Below are positions 23,009 to 35,287 of a stretch of DNA of 64,000 bases, piece after piece. Origin of the DNA: Mobula hypostoma (lineage: Eukaryota). The notes beneath the pieces were generated by a model. It was not told the origin of the DNA. It made no database searches and saw only the letters and a list, made by a program, of their open reading frames with translations. Numbering within the stretch: position 1 is the stretch's first letter; each line of letters begins with the position of its first letter. The stretch covers positions 104,472,001 through 104,536,000 of the forward strand of contig NC_086108.1 of NCBI RefSeq assembly GCF_963921235.1. Reading direction: 5' to 3'. The position numbers were made by a program, and so were the translations under genes.

Positions 23009-26000
23009 ATGGTATTTAAACAGATAAACGTTATTAGTTGGAATGTACGTGGCTGGAATCATCCTATTAAGCGAAGGAAGAAATTTAAAGTTATTAATCG
23101 ATTCCAGCCTGATATAATTCTTGCTCAAGAAACGCATATCAGAACGGGCAATCAAAATAGATTTTTTAAAACATGGAAGGGCCTTCAATATCATGCTACT
23201 TGTCAAAATAAAACAAAGGGAGTATCTATTTTTATTAAATCTAATATTTTATTTATTCAAGAAGACATTGTTTCAGATCACAGTGGTAGATTTTTAATTA
23301 TTAAAGGAACTATTTGTAATAGGAAAATTGTCCTGGTTAATCTATATGGTCCTAATGTAGATGATCCTTTTTTTAAGAATGTATTTGGTTTATTACCAGA
23401 CTTAAGTGAATATATGCTGCTGATGGGAGGTGACTTAAATCCTTTGATTGGCAGAAGTTCAACCAATCAGCAGCTTCTGAGTCGTTCGGCAACACTTATT
23501 AATTCCTTTTAAACTGATTATGGTTTGATAGAAATCTGGAGAAATTTACATCCTAATGACAGAGATTATTCTTTTTCTTCACATGTTCATAATAAATATT
23601 TGAGAATTGATTATTTTATAGCTGATTTCCGATTTTTGTCCAAAGTCCAGAAATGTGAATATGATGCTATTGCAATCTCGGATCATGCGCCTTTAAGTTT
23701 AACTTTTGAGTTAAATGATGTTAGTAATGTAAACTTGCCTTGGCGCTTTCCAGAAAATTTATTACAAAGTTCGGACTTATTTATAGAGGTTCAGATAAAA
23801 GATTTCTTTCTTTTTAATAATACGGGAGATGTTTCGAAACTGATTATATGGGATACACTCAAAGCATATTTGCGAGGTCAGATAATATCTTATTTGGCTA
23901 AACTTAAGAAACAGTCAAAAATAGAATTAGATAGGATTTCCAAACTAATTAAAGGTCTAGATAATACTTATGCAGTTTCTCCTAATGTTGATTTATTTAA
24001 ACAAAGGGTTGAACTTCAATCTCAATATAATTTACTATTAACTTATCCGATTGAAAGAAATTTGCTTAAATTAAAAAGTCAAGTTTATATGTCTGGAGAT
24101 AAAAGTAACAAGCTATTAGCATCTCAACTTAAAACAGTTAGAGCTAAAAGACAAATTTTAAAAATTCGTAAGAGAGATGGTAGTTTAGCTTGTAATTATG
24201 AAGACATTAATAAATTTTTTCAAGACTATTACAGTGAACTCTATAAATCTCAGTTTCCAGCTGACCCTTCTAATATGCATGCCTTTTTACAAAAGATTGA
24301 TTTTCCTAGAATATCTGTTGAAGATTAGCAACTTCTTGATGCTCCTTTGAGTGAAAGAGAAGTTCAGAAAGCTATTCTTTCAATGCAATCTGGTAAAGCT
24401 CCTGGATTGGATGGTTTTACTATAGGATTTTATAAAAAATTTGAACATTTACTTACTCCTTATATGCTGGAAATGCTTAAAGACTCTTTTATGTTAGGAG
24501 AGTTACCTTCCACATTTTATGAAGCTTCTATTTCTTTAATCCTTAAGAAAGATAAAGATCCTACTGATTGTGCTTCATGTAGACCTATTTCATTATTAAA
24601 TGTGGATGCCAAAATTCTTTCAAAAATGATGGCTAATCGGGTGGAGAATATACTAGCTAAAATTATTTCTCAGGATCAAACGGGTTTTATAAAAGGCCGT
24701 TATTCTTTTTCTAATACTCAGAGATTGTTAAATATTATATACTCATCCCTCTCTAAGACTCCCCAATGTGTTGTTTCTCTAGATGCTGAAAAGGCATTTG
24801 ATAGAGTTGAATGGAAATATCTATTTAAAGTTTTAGAGAAATTTGGCTTTGGTACTAATTTTAATAAATGGATTAGATTATATATAAAAGCCCTATTGCC
24901 ACTGTTATCACTAATACCTGGAGATCCCCCTTTTTCCAACTTTCTTGGGGTATGAGACAAGAATGTCCGTTAAGTCCTCTGTTATTTAACTTGATGTTGG
25001 AACCCTTGGCTATTGCACTTCGTGAAGCTAAAAATATTCAAGGAATTTCTATAAATGGGACTACTCATAAGATCTCCCTTTATGCAGATAATCTATTGGT
25101 TTATATTTCGAATCCCAAAGAATCTATTCCTACCTTATTGAAATTATTAAATGAATTTGGATTGTTTTCAGGATATGTTAAACCTGCGTAAAAGTGAATT
25201 ATTTCCTTTAAATGATTCCGCTTCTATATATGATAACATCCCTTTAAAAATTACAAATTCTTTTAACTATTTAGGTATTACCATTACTAAAAATTATGGA
25301 GACCTTTATAGGGCTAATTTAGCTCCCTTAGTGGACTTTATGAAGCAATTTTTTTCTAGATGGAATCCACTTACACTTTCCTTAGTACATCAAATTCATG
25401 CAGTTAAAATGTCGATTTTACCAAAATTTTTATATGTATTTCAAAACATTCCTATTTTTCTAACTAAGAAGTTTTTTGATCAAGTTGACTCAATTATTTC
25501 ATATCAAAGTTGCTGGTGAACGCAGCAGGCCAAGCAGCATCTATAGGAAGAGGCGCAGTCGACGTTTCAGGCCGAGACCGGCCTGAAACATCGACTGCGC
25601 CTCTTCCTAGAAATGCTGCTTGGCCTGCTGCGTTCACCAGCAACTTTGATGTGTGTTGCTTGAATTTCCAGCATCTGCAGAATTCCTGTTGTTTTCAATT
25701 ATTTCATCTTTTGTTTGGAATAATAAAAGACCAAGAATTGGAAAATGTCATTTACAAAAATTAAAAAAGGATGGAGGTCTTACTTTGCCTAATTTAAGAA
25801 TGTATTATTGGGCGGTTAATATACGTTATGCGTGTTCTTGGTTATATTGGACCTATAAAAAGGAACGACCATCTTGGGTTGACTTGGAATTGAAAATTGT
25901 GAAACAATTTCATTTAGCTTTGTTATTAGGAGCTCCTTTACCTGTACAATTAGCCAAAATTTCTATTTTAAATATAAATCCTATGATTAATCAATCATTA

Positions 26001-26970
26001 TGAATTTGGTATCGGTTTCGTAAGTTTTTAATCTTAAAAAAATTAATCTTTTTAGTTTAATTTATCGAAACTATTTATTTAAACCTTCACTTAATGATCC
26101 TACCTTTTCTCTTTGGAGGAATAAAGGAATTTTTTCCTTTATGGACTTGTTTCAAGAAGGTCGATTGATGTCCTTTGAGAAATTAGTAACTAAATACTCT
26201 CTCTCATATTCACATTTTTTGCAATATCTTCAGGTCAGACATTTTTTACAACAATATTTAAGTAATTTTCCATATATACAAGATTCTGACCTGTTAGACA
26301 TTATTTTAAAAATGAACCCTTTAGTGAAAGGCTTTATTGGGAAAATTTATAATTTACTATTACAACAGGACAATTATCCTTTTCTTAAGATCAAGCAAGA
26401 TTGGGAAAGAGAGCTTAATATGACCTTGATAACAGAGGATTGGTTGCGAATTTTGGAGCTGGTTAACTCTTCTTTGATTTGTGCCAGTCATTCTCTAATT
26501 CAATTTAAAATTGTACATTGTTATTATTTGACGAAGGAGAGATTGTCTAAAATATTTCCTAATGCAAATAGTCAGTGTGATAGATGCAAAACTGAGATAG
26601 CTACATTGACACATATGTTTTGGTCGTGTTCTGTTTGAAACAATTTTGGAAATCTATTTTTTCTATAATCTCTAAAGCTTTAAGAATCAATTTACAACCT
26701 AATAAATTGACAGGTTTGTTTGGTATAATTCCTCAACATATTCATGGTATTTCTATATCTGACCAATATTTAATTGCATTTGTCACATTATTGGCTAGAA
26801 GGGCTATTTTATTAAAAGGGAAAGATGCCTCTGCTCCCACTTTGATACAATGGTTCTCTCAGGTGATGTTATGTCTTAGCTTGGAAAAAATTAGAAGTCG
26901 AACTTCTGATCCTAAATTTGACTTTGAGAAAAGGTGGGGCTCTTTTGCCCGTTATTATCATTTGACTTGA
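23009..26970 (+). pseudogene. L1 ORF2 (APE endonuclease, RT, Cys-rich C-terminus), disrupted
   Basis: SWNVRG, QETH, SDHAP, RPISLLNVDAK, LDAEKAFDRVEW, LYAD and CDRC..HMFWSC across several frames, with stops and one insertion. Confidence 0.92.
25503..25694 (+). mobile_element. Palindromic Penelope-terminus insertion in L1 ORF2 with a 13-bp TSD
   Basis: 72-bp inverted arms at 25503-25574 and 25579-25650 with 3 mismatches. TSD tcaattatttcat at 25490-25502 and 25695-25707. Confidence 0.88.
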
Positions 26971-27397
26971 GTTAATTAAGATGTTCCTTTTCTGATGCTT
27001 GGTTATATGAATTTGGTTGGCGGTTTGATGTCTTGCTTTATGGAAGCTTGTATGGCGCATAGCTCTGGGTTTGTGCTCCAAATGGGTTTTTCCCCCCTTT
27101 TTTTTAGTTATTAGGGGTTTTTTCTGTTTTAATTAGTAGGGGTTCTTTTTTTCTTTCTTTCCTTTTTTCCATAAAAAAAGCTTTAATACTTTGTTTTTTT
27201 GATTATTATTGATATACTATTCAGCCTGGTTGATAGTTTAACTTTTACTCTACATATGGATATGTTATCTTGAGTATTTTGATGTATTTTTCTCTGTTGT
27301 TGATTTTCAATAATAATTAATAAAAGATGTTTATCTTAATATCAAATTCCTGTAATACCAGGCTCCAACTGAGTAAGCATTTGTTTTTATCCTTCAT

Positions 27398-28462
27398 ATA
27401 ACAAATATTAACTTCAGCAACCAGTCTTTAGACCTGAACATGGATTGTAGATTCAATTTAAAATACAGCCCCGGACAATAGTTTCCTGGAGCTGTGGACT
27501 CAATCTGATTAAAAACCAGATGATGCTGATTAACATTCATTTTGGGTGTCTGGAGTGTGGGTGTTAGCTGTGAGGAGGATGCTAAGAGGATGCAGGATGA
27601 CTTGGATAGGTTAGGTGAGTGGGCAAATTCATGGCAGATGCAATTTAATGTGGATAAATGTGAGGTTATCCACTTTGGTGGCAAAAACAGGAACACAGAT
27701 TATTATCTGAATGGTGGCCGATTAGGAAAAGGGGAGGTGCAACGAAACCTGGGTATCATTATACACCAGTCATTGAAAGTGGGCATGCAGGTACAGCAGG
27801 CGGTGAAAAAGGCGAATGGTATGCTGGCATTCATAGCAAGAGGATTCAAGTACAGGAGCAGGGAGATACTACTGCAGTTGTACAATGCCTTGGTGAGACC
27901 ACACCTGGAGTATTGTGTGCAGTTTTGGTCCCCTAATCTGAGGAAAGACATTCTTGCCATAGTGGGAGTACAAAGAAGGTTCACCAGATTGATTCCTGAG
28001 ATGGCAGGACTTTCATATGATGAAAGACTGGATCGACTAGGCTTATACTCATTGGAATTTAGAAGATAGAGGGGGGATCTTATTGAAACATATAAAATCC
28101 TAAAGGGATTGGACAGGCTAGATGCAGGAAGATTGTTTCCGATGTTGGGGAAGTCCAGAACGAGGGGTCACAGTTTGAGGATACAGGGGAAGCCTTTTAG
28201 GACCGAGATGAGGAAAAACTTCTTCACACAGAGAGTGGTGAATCTGTGGAACTCTCTGCCACAGGAAACAGTTGAGGCCAGTTCATTGGCTATATTTAAG
28301 AGGGAATTAGATATGGCGATGTGGTTAAAGGGACTGGGGGTATGGAGAGAAGGAAGGTACAGGGTTCTGTGTTGGATGATCAGCCATAATCATACTGAAT
28401 GGCGGTGCAGGCTCGAAGGGCCAAATGGCCTAGTCCTGTACCTGTTTTCTATGTTTCTATGT
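27398..28462 (+). mobile_element. Young 5'-truncated CR1 (from ~27560) plus ~160 bp of unrelated 5' sequence, inserted in Gmr1 RNaseH
   Basis: ORF 27542..28069 (WQMQFNVDKCEVIHFG...LVRPHLEYC) and a (ttctatgt)n tail. ttcat at 27393-27397 and 28463-28467. Confidence 0.88.
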
Positions 28463-31400
28463 TTCATTGTGGCCAAAAACACTAATGGATTGTGATCAGT
28501 GTAAATTACCAGTGGTTTCCCTGCCAGACAAATATAAACCTCAAAATGTTGTAATGCCAGTATGATTGCCAGTAATTCCTTCTCCACAGTGGAATAATTT
28601 CTCTGATGGACATTAAACTTCTTAGAAAAATAAGCCACCGGGTGTTCAATTTCCTCTTTGTCTGTCTGTAACAGCACCGCCCCTGCCACATCGTCGCTAG
28701 CATCTGTTGCTAGGGAGAAGGGTTTTGAAAAGTCAGGCTCATTCAATACAGGGTGGTAACACAGAATCGCCTTCAGACTCTCGAAGGCTTGTTGACAAAG
28801 GTCGTTCCACACAAACTTTGCATTCTTCGGCAAGAGGTTAGTAAGAGGGAGGGTAATATCCGCTAAGTTTTTGCAAAACTTCCGATAGTACCCCACCATC
28901 CCCAAGAACCTTCTCAGGGCTCTCTTGTCCGTCGGGATGGGAAATTCAGAGATAGCTTGCACCTTAGCCTGCATCGGTGTCAGCTGCCCCTGTCCTACCA
29001 CATACCCCAGATAAGGGACCTTAGGGTGGCCGTACTCACTTTTCGCGAGGTTCACTATCAGGTGGGCTTCAGACAGCTGTTTAAACAGTTCCTCTACTGC
29101 CACAATGTGCTCCTCCCACGTGTCACTCCAGACCACTAAATCGTCAATATACGCTTCTGTGTTCTTTATCCTTTTTATCACTGAATTAATCATCCTTTGG
29201 AAGGTCCCTGGGGTGTTTTTCATGCCAAAAGGTAAAACATTATACTCGTATAACCCAGATGGAGTGACAAATGCTGAGATTTCTCTAGCCTGGTCGGTTA
29301 AAGGAACGCACCAGTACCCTTATAGCAAATCGATCTTGGTGATGTACTTAGCTCTCCCCACTTTATTGATGCAATCTTCTACCCTTGGGATGGGGTAAGC
29401 ATCAGTTTTTGTGATGGCGTTCACCTTTCTGTAATCTGTACAGAATCGTATGCTCCCATCGGCTTTCGGGACAACCACATGGAGAAGCCCATTCCGATTT
29501 GGATGGCCTAATAATACCTGTGGCTAGCATGTGTTCAATTTCTTTCTCCACTAGCTTGCCCTTCTCCAAGTTCATCCTATAGGGGTGTTGCTTAATAAGC
29601 TGATCTGAAGTGGCAACAACATCATGTACCGTCCCCTTGCATCGCCTCGGGACATCTGGACATACATCTGCATGCCGGTTAATTAGCTTTATCAGCAGCT
29701 CGCTCTGTTCAGGGGTTAAGTGAGAGACCTTATCAGCAAAGTTGGCCAAAACAATAGAGTTCTCCAATCTGGTCGGCACCATATTTATCTTTTCAAGATG
29801 GGTTTTCCCCTTATCATTTGGCACCCCAGCCTCATTAATTTTCGTGATAACACCAACTAGATCTGCTTTCTGATGGTGGTAAGCTTTTAACATATTAATG
29901 TGTACTAATTGGGTTGGCTTACGTCTGTCCGGCGTTTCGAAAACATAATTCAAAGAGTCTATCTTTTTAATCACTTTGTACGGACCGTGGAATCTCGCCC
30001 AGAGGGGGTTGGTTACTACTGGAAACAGAACTGAGACCCTATCGCCCACTTGAAACACTTGTTCGCGGGTACGTCTATCATACCACTGTTTCATTTTAGT
30101 TTGGGAGTGTCGTAGATTTTCTTTGGCAAGGTCACAGATCCTTTTAGGCCTCTCACGAAACTTTAAAACATAATCACTCACATTGACTTGTACTGTTGGA
30201 CTGGACCATTGCTCTTTCAGTAAGGTCAGAGGTCCTCTGGGCCGATGACTGAAGACGAGCTCGAATGGGCTGAACCCCAATGACTCCTGAACCATGTCCC
30301 TTACGGCAAATAACAGAAGAGGCAAGGCATCATCCCAGTCCCTAGCATTCTCTTGACAATAAATTTTAATCATGGTCTTTAATGTTGTATGGAATCTTTC
30401 CAATGCCCCTTGGGACTCCGGTTGGTACGCGGAGGCCAAAATCTGCTTTGCTCCCATCTCATCCAACATCTGTTGGAATGTGTGAGATGTGAAGACACTC
30501 CCCTGATCTGACTGGATTTCCCTGGGCAGCCCCACCGTAATGAAAAATTTCACAAGCGCCTTTACCACTGCGGGAGCCTTGACGCTTGCCAGGGGCACAG
30601 CCTCCGGAAACCTGGTGGCGGCGCACATCATAGTCATCACATAATCTTGACCACTTGCAATTCTGGGCAGGGGACCGACAAAATCCACAATTATTCAGGA
30701 AAAAGGTTCCCCGAAAGCGGGTATCGGTCGAAGGGGTGCTTTAGGCAGGACCTGGTTCAGCTTTCCTACCATCTGACAGGAATGACAGCATCTACAATAT
30801 TCAATAACATCCTTCCTCATGTTCGGCCAGTAAAACTCTTTCATAATTCTATTGACTGTTTTCCTCACCCCAAAATGTCCACCGAGGGGTATCTTGTGGG
30901 CCAGGTTAAAAATCTCATCCCTATAAATTTTTGGCACTACCACCTGGTGTACCACCCCCCACTCCTCATCTGCGGGCACGGTACTTGGTCTCCACTCACT
31001 CACCGGTACTCCCTCCTTCACATAATAGCTCACTGGTTCCCTTCTTATTTCTGCTTCGGAGAGAGCTGTCTCCGTCAAAACCATCAGCTCCTCATCTCGT
31101 TCCCGTGCCTGTATAAATTCCTTTCTCGCTAATGATAAATCTACCTCAACTCCCTCACTTCTTTCCGCTCCACTATGCTCCTTCTTCTCACTTTCTAAAC
31201 CCCGCTGGTACAAGGCTGGTAAAAACGTCTCAGCTAAATCTACATTCGCTTCGGCAGCCTTTCTGGACATGCGCCAAGTTACTGCGCAAACGGGATAAAC
31301 CTGCGAGTCCATGGGCGGGTCCTCAGTCCTGGCAGGCTCGCTCGTCAGCTTTACTGCTGGGTATACATCTTCACCTGCAAGGTTGTTACCAAGTAAGACC

Positions 31401-32984
31401 TCCACGTCTTTCATCGGTAATTCGGGCCTCACCCCGATCGTGACCGGTCTGGAGACCAAGTCACTTTTTAGGTGTATCTGGTGCAAAGGTACTGCTTCAG
31501 TCCCTTTCCCAATGCCTTTTATCAGCCTGACCTCCCCAGTCTCGGTCTCTGAACTAAAGTGTAACACACTCCTTAAGATCAATGACTGACAAGCCCCAGT
31601 GTCTCTCCAGATCTGTACTGGAACTGGGTTTGACCCCTCCTTCACCGACACCAATCCGGCTGAAATAAACTTCTCGCGCCCTTCCTGAACTCTATCAGAC
31701 CTCTTCTCCCCTAGCGGTTTGTTTGCCGGTTCAATACAGCCAGTCGGAGTCGTCGTTTTTCCTTTCCCTGTCTCCTCCTTTGGGGCAAAACACCTGGACG
31801 CAATGTGACCGGCTTTCCCACAATTATAGCACACGACCCTAGGAGACTTCCTACCAAACTGCTTCCTGTCTTCCTTATCCTTCTCACCAGTCCCCGGCTT
31901 ACTTTCTGGTTTTCCCGGCGGACTTTCTCCGCCCTCTCGACTACCCTTCTGGTAGCTCTTACTCGGGGTAAACTTTGCTTTGTGTGTTAACGCGTACTCA
32001 TCCGCTAACTTAGCAGTTACGGCTAAGGTTTCTGCCTCTTTCTCATCCAGATAGGGCCTCATAACTTTAGGGACACAACCTTTAAATTTTTCAATCAGTA
32101 TTAGCTGTAGCAGTCTGTCATAATTTCCAGTGACCCCTTTCGAGGTGCACCAACGCTCACAATACATCTGCATCTCACAGGCAAACTCTAAATACGTGCG
32201 ACTCCACTGCTTCCTCACATTCGGAAACCTTTGCCGGTATGCCTCCGGGACCAGCTCAAAAATCCTGAGTATAGCCTCTTTCACTACATCATACCTCTGG
32301 GCATCTTCTGCGGACAATGCTGAGTAAGCTTGCTGAGCCTTCCCTTTCAGCACGCTCTGAAGCAAAACAGCCCACTTATCCCTCGGCCAGTCCTGACTTA
32401 CAGCGACTCTTTCAAAATGTAGAAAGTACCGATCAACATCGGATTCCTCAAATGGGGACACCAACCTAACCTCCTGGGTCACCCTGAACCCTCCACCTTG
32501 GTTCGGCATTTGGCCCCTCTCTAGTGCCTTCCTTAACTTCTCAAGCTCAAACTCCCTTTCCTTCTCTCTCTCTTCTCGTTCTAACTGCTTTATTCTCTCC
32601 TCCTGTTCTAACTGCTTCTCTTCTCATCCTAGCTGTTTTACTCGGAACTCGTGCTCGAGTCTTAATTTTTCCATCTGCAGCTGCACTGCTTCTCCGCCAG
32701 GTTTGCTCATAGACACCACCTCCAGCTCTCCGTGGGGAAACACACCTTTAGATACATAATGCTCAACGATAGCTCTGTGCATCTCCTCTCTCCTCATTGT
32801 CGGCTTCCCCTTAAAAAGATTCAACCGTTTTGCAACAGTCGCCAATTCTGATCTCCTGACATCCTCTAATGCCTCCAAGGTTGGCGCCTTTAGAAATTCC
32901 TCAATCTCCATTTCTGCTGTTTGTCCTCTTTTTTTCTTTCGGGAATTTTAACCCAATCAATTTACCCAGTCCCAAATTTTTGGC

Positions 32985-33010
32985 GTTCAAAATCCCGGAC
33001 GAGATCCCCA
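32985..33010 (-). promoter_or_regulatory. Primer-binding site, tRNA-Pro type
   Basis: Plus strand gttcaaaatcccggacgagatcccca resembles the tRNA-Pro 3' end (gttcaaatcccggacgagccccca), 4 nt from the 5' LTR. Confidence 0.85.
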
Positions 33011-33014
33011 CTTA

Positions 33015-33879
33015 TGTTACGTATCCCGTAACTGGGTTGTCAAACCAGCAGAAATGGAACGCTTGTTGGAGTCTGCAATTACTAGGAACTAATAAAGTTT
33101 TATTAAAGAAATAAGTAATACAGTACTCTAATCGTAAGGATATAAATGTAACAGGTTAGCAATGATAATACACACATGTACACAGAACTAGGGTAATAGG
33201 AATCAAGCAAGCTCTGTCACAGTCTAGGGGTAAAATGATCAGTCTTAAGTGAAGCAGAGTTCGGTTCAGTTTAGTGCAGTTCGAAGTAATCGCTGTTGTT
33301 GTACCGTTGGGGGGGGGGAGAGGGACGGAGAGATAGAGATAGAGATAGAGATACACGCACACACACACACATACATACACAGTTGGTTTCGGGCAGACCT
33401 TTTGATGTCTTCTAATCCCACTGTGGTCACCGACTGTGACCCCTCCGTTCCGGATACGATCATTCTTCCGTGGTGAACCCGGCACCCAAGCAAGGGTGGA
33501 CACACACCCCAGGTTCCCACCGATTGTACCTTTACACCCTGTGAGCCTCTGATTGGTTCCCGTGAACCGGTCCTCCACCCTCCACCACCTTGTGGGGGCA
33601 CACTGCTCTTTCCAGGGTCCAGGGTCCAGGGTCTCGTGGCGTGTCTCGTGCCTTAGCAAACCTGCTCTTTTTGTCCCCCTGCTGGGGTATCACCTGTCTG
33701 TCAAAAGTCAAACAGTTCAGGTTCAAAGCAACCGGTCTGTCAATATCTGAATTGTGTTTCTTTCTTGTTAATTTCTCTCTTCTCTCTCATTAGCATTTTG
33801 AATGTTTCTCCATCGTCTTCTGTTATCTCTCGCATTAGCATCATCCGTCCGGTAGCTCTGCTTGGTGTCACACATGACA
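33015..33879 (-). repeat. 5' LTR of the Gmr1-type element
   Basis: tgttacg...catgaca; direct repeat of 20280-21083. Confidence 0.93.
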
Positions 33880-35287
33880 GTACAAAAATCTTATGTTGTG
33901 CAAATTTTTTTCTTGTGACAAAAATATGTGCATACTGAATGCACATATGGCACAATTTATATAGGTTTACAAAATATTTGACATAAAACTGCACAGAATA
34001 ACAACAAAATAACATACATATTTAAGTCACTCAGTTATTTTTTCTCTCTCCTGTCTTTGGCATTTACACATTCTTTGTAAACTCTATCTAGACTAATAGA
34101 ACTTCCATCCAATTGATAGCTTTTGACATTCACCTAAACAGTTTCTCAGCTTGTTTTTGAGTTGATTCATGAGGCTAAAACCTCACTCACAGTCCGCACT
34201 AGACACAAGAAAGGTTCCCCCAATGTCCATCAACTGTGCAAGGTTGCAAAACTGTTCATTTTGAAGTACAAAAGCCACCTCTTTAGCAAAGTTTGAAATC
34301 AGTTTGGGTTTAATTTTTTCTTGCACGGAAAATCTGAAATCATTAAACTGTCTAACTATTACAGTATTTTCAGCTGGAAAATCATGATATTTTGGACATA
34401 AGACATTAACTTGTTCATCGCCAAATGTGAAGTCACAATCTGCAATTGCGGAGAAATCAAAAGATAACTATTCTTGTACCTCATCTTCAGGAAACCTTTC
34501 TTCTAAATAAACACAAAGACTATAAAAGTCAACAGTGAACTTTTCTCTACTATGACGTTTTCTTCACATCGTTGGCTTAGCAAAACTTTAACTTTGTCAC
34601 TCCATGAAATGTTGTCTCCCAGATACTGCTTTCTTATCTTGTTAATTTTGCCTTGTGCAAAATGAAGTGAATCAATCAGTGTCAGGCCACTCTTTTGCAA
34701 ATCTTGCAGTGCAGCCAGTTCATCAAAAACATCACTTAAAACCTGTAAAGCTACTTTGTATGTGATGTTTATCAATTTCTTGAGACAGTATTTAGCCGCA
34801 GGTTCATTTGACTGATTTTTTTCAATAAAAACTTAGTAAGCTATCTACAGGATTTGACACAGATCTTTGTAAACTTTACGATATGAACACTGTCCACCAA
34901 AGATGGCCGCCGCCGTGATGCAGCTGTACAAACCGGAACAGGAAAGGTGAGGTGACATAAATTAGTGACATGCATTGTGGTGTTTGAAAAACTGACTAAC
35001 TAGTTAACAGAAACATTTAGCTAAGAGATTATTTTCAGTAAGTATAATTATTAATTGGTACATTATTTTAGGTAACTAACCTTTTGTGCACACATTAATT
35101 TCCTTTGTGCGCTGGTTGAAAAACGTGTGCGCGCACACATGCGCACAGCTTAGCGGGTACATAGCCCAACACCAACCCCTGCAGAACACCACTAGTCACT
35201 GGCAACCAACCAGAAAAGGATCCTTTTATTCCCACTCACTGCCTCCTACCAATAAGCCAGTGCTTTAACCATGCTAGTAACTTTCCT

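Larger units (their letters stand above)
21265..27326 (+). mobile_element. Full-length L1-clade LINE inserted in the Gmr1 RNaseH region
   Basis: 5' UTR, ORF1, long spacer, frameshifted ORF2, 3' UTR with aataaa. Imperfect TSD atgtttaatctt (21253-21264) and atgtttatctt (27327-27337). Confidence 0.92.
20280..33879 (-). mobile_element. Gmr1-type Gypsy LTR retrotransposon (integrase upstream of RT), both LTRs present, frameshifted
   Basis: Domain order on minus: gag with SCAN-like capsid and CYNCGKAGHIASRC, protease RDTGA, integrase HHCC (ORF 30695..32509), integrase DDE (29402..30688), RT YIDD and RNaseH (28390..29223). The ORF end is in pieces at 27327-27397 and ~21205-21264. Confidence 0.93.
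20249..35164 (-). mobile_element. hAT DNA transposon, deleted, hosting the LTR element (own sequence 20249-20279 and 33880-35164)
   Basis: TIRs taatgttccctctaa and ttagcgggtacatag match at 11/15. 8-bp TSD tccaacac (20241-20248) and cccaacac (35165-35172). Dimerization-domain remnant LMDIGGTFLVSSADCE*GFSLMNQLKNKLRN at ~34140-34245. Confidence 0.8.
19058..35287 (-). mobile_element. CR1 LINE fragment split by later insertions (own sequence 19058-19978, 20222-20248, 35165-35287)
   Basis: Tail at 19058 and RT motif YINDLDDGIDGFVAKFAGDTK. The sequence resumes at 35165 with the VPQG-region cccctgcagaacaccactagt. Confidence 0.8.

Noticed and set aside
30695..32509. 604-aa ORF as a domesticated SCAN/gag host gene
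   Set aside because: It lies between two LTRs with PBS and pol domains and is bounded by frameshifts. It is a decaying retrotransposon.
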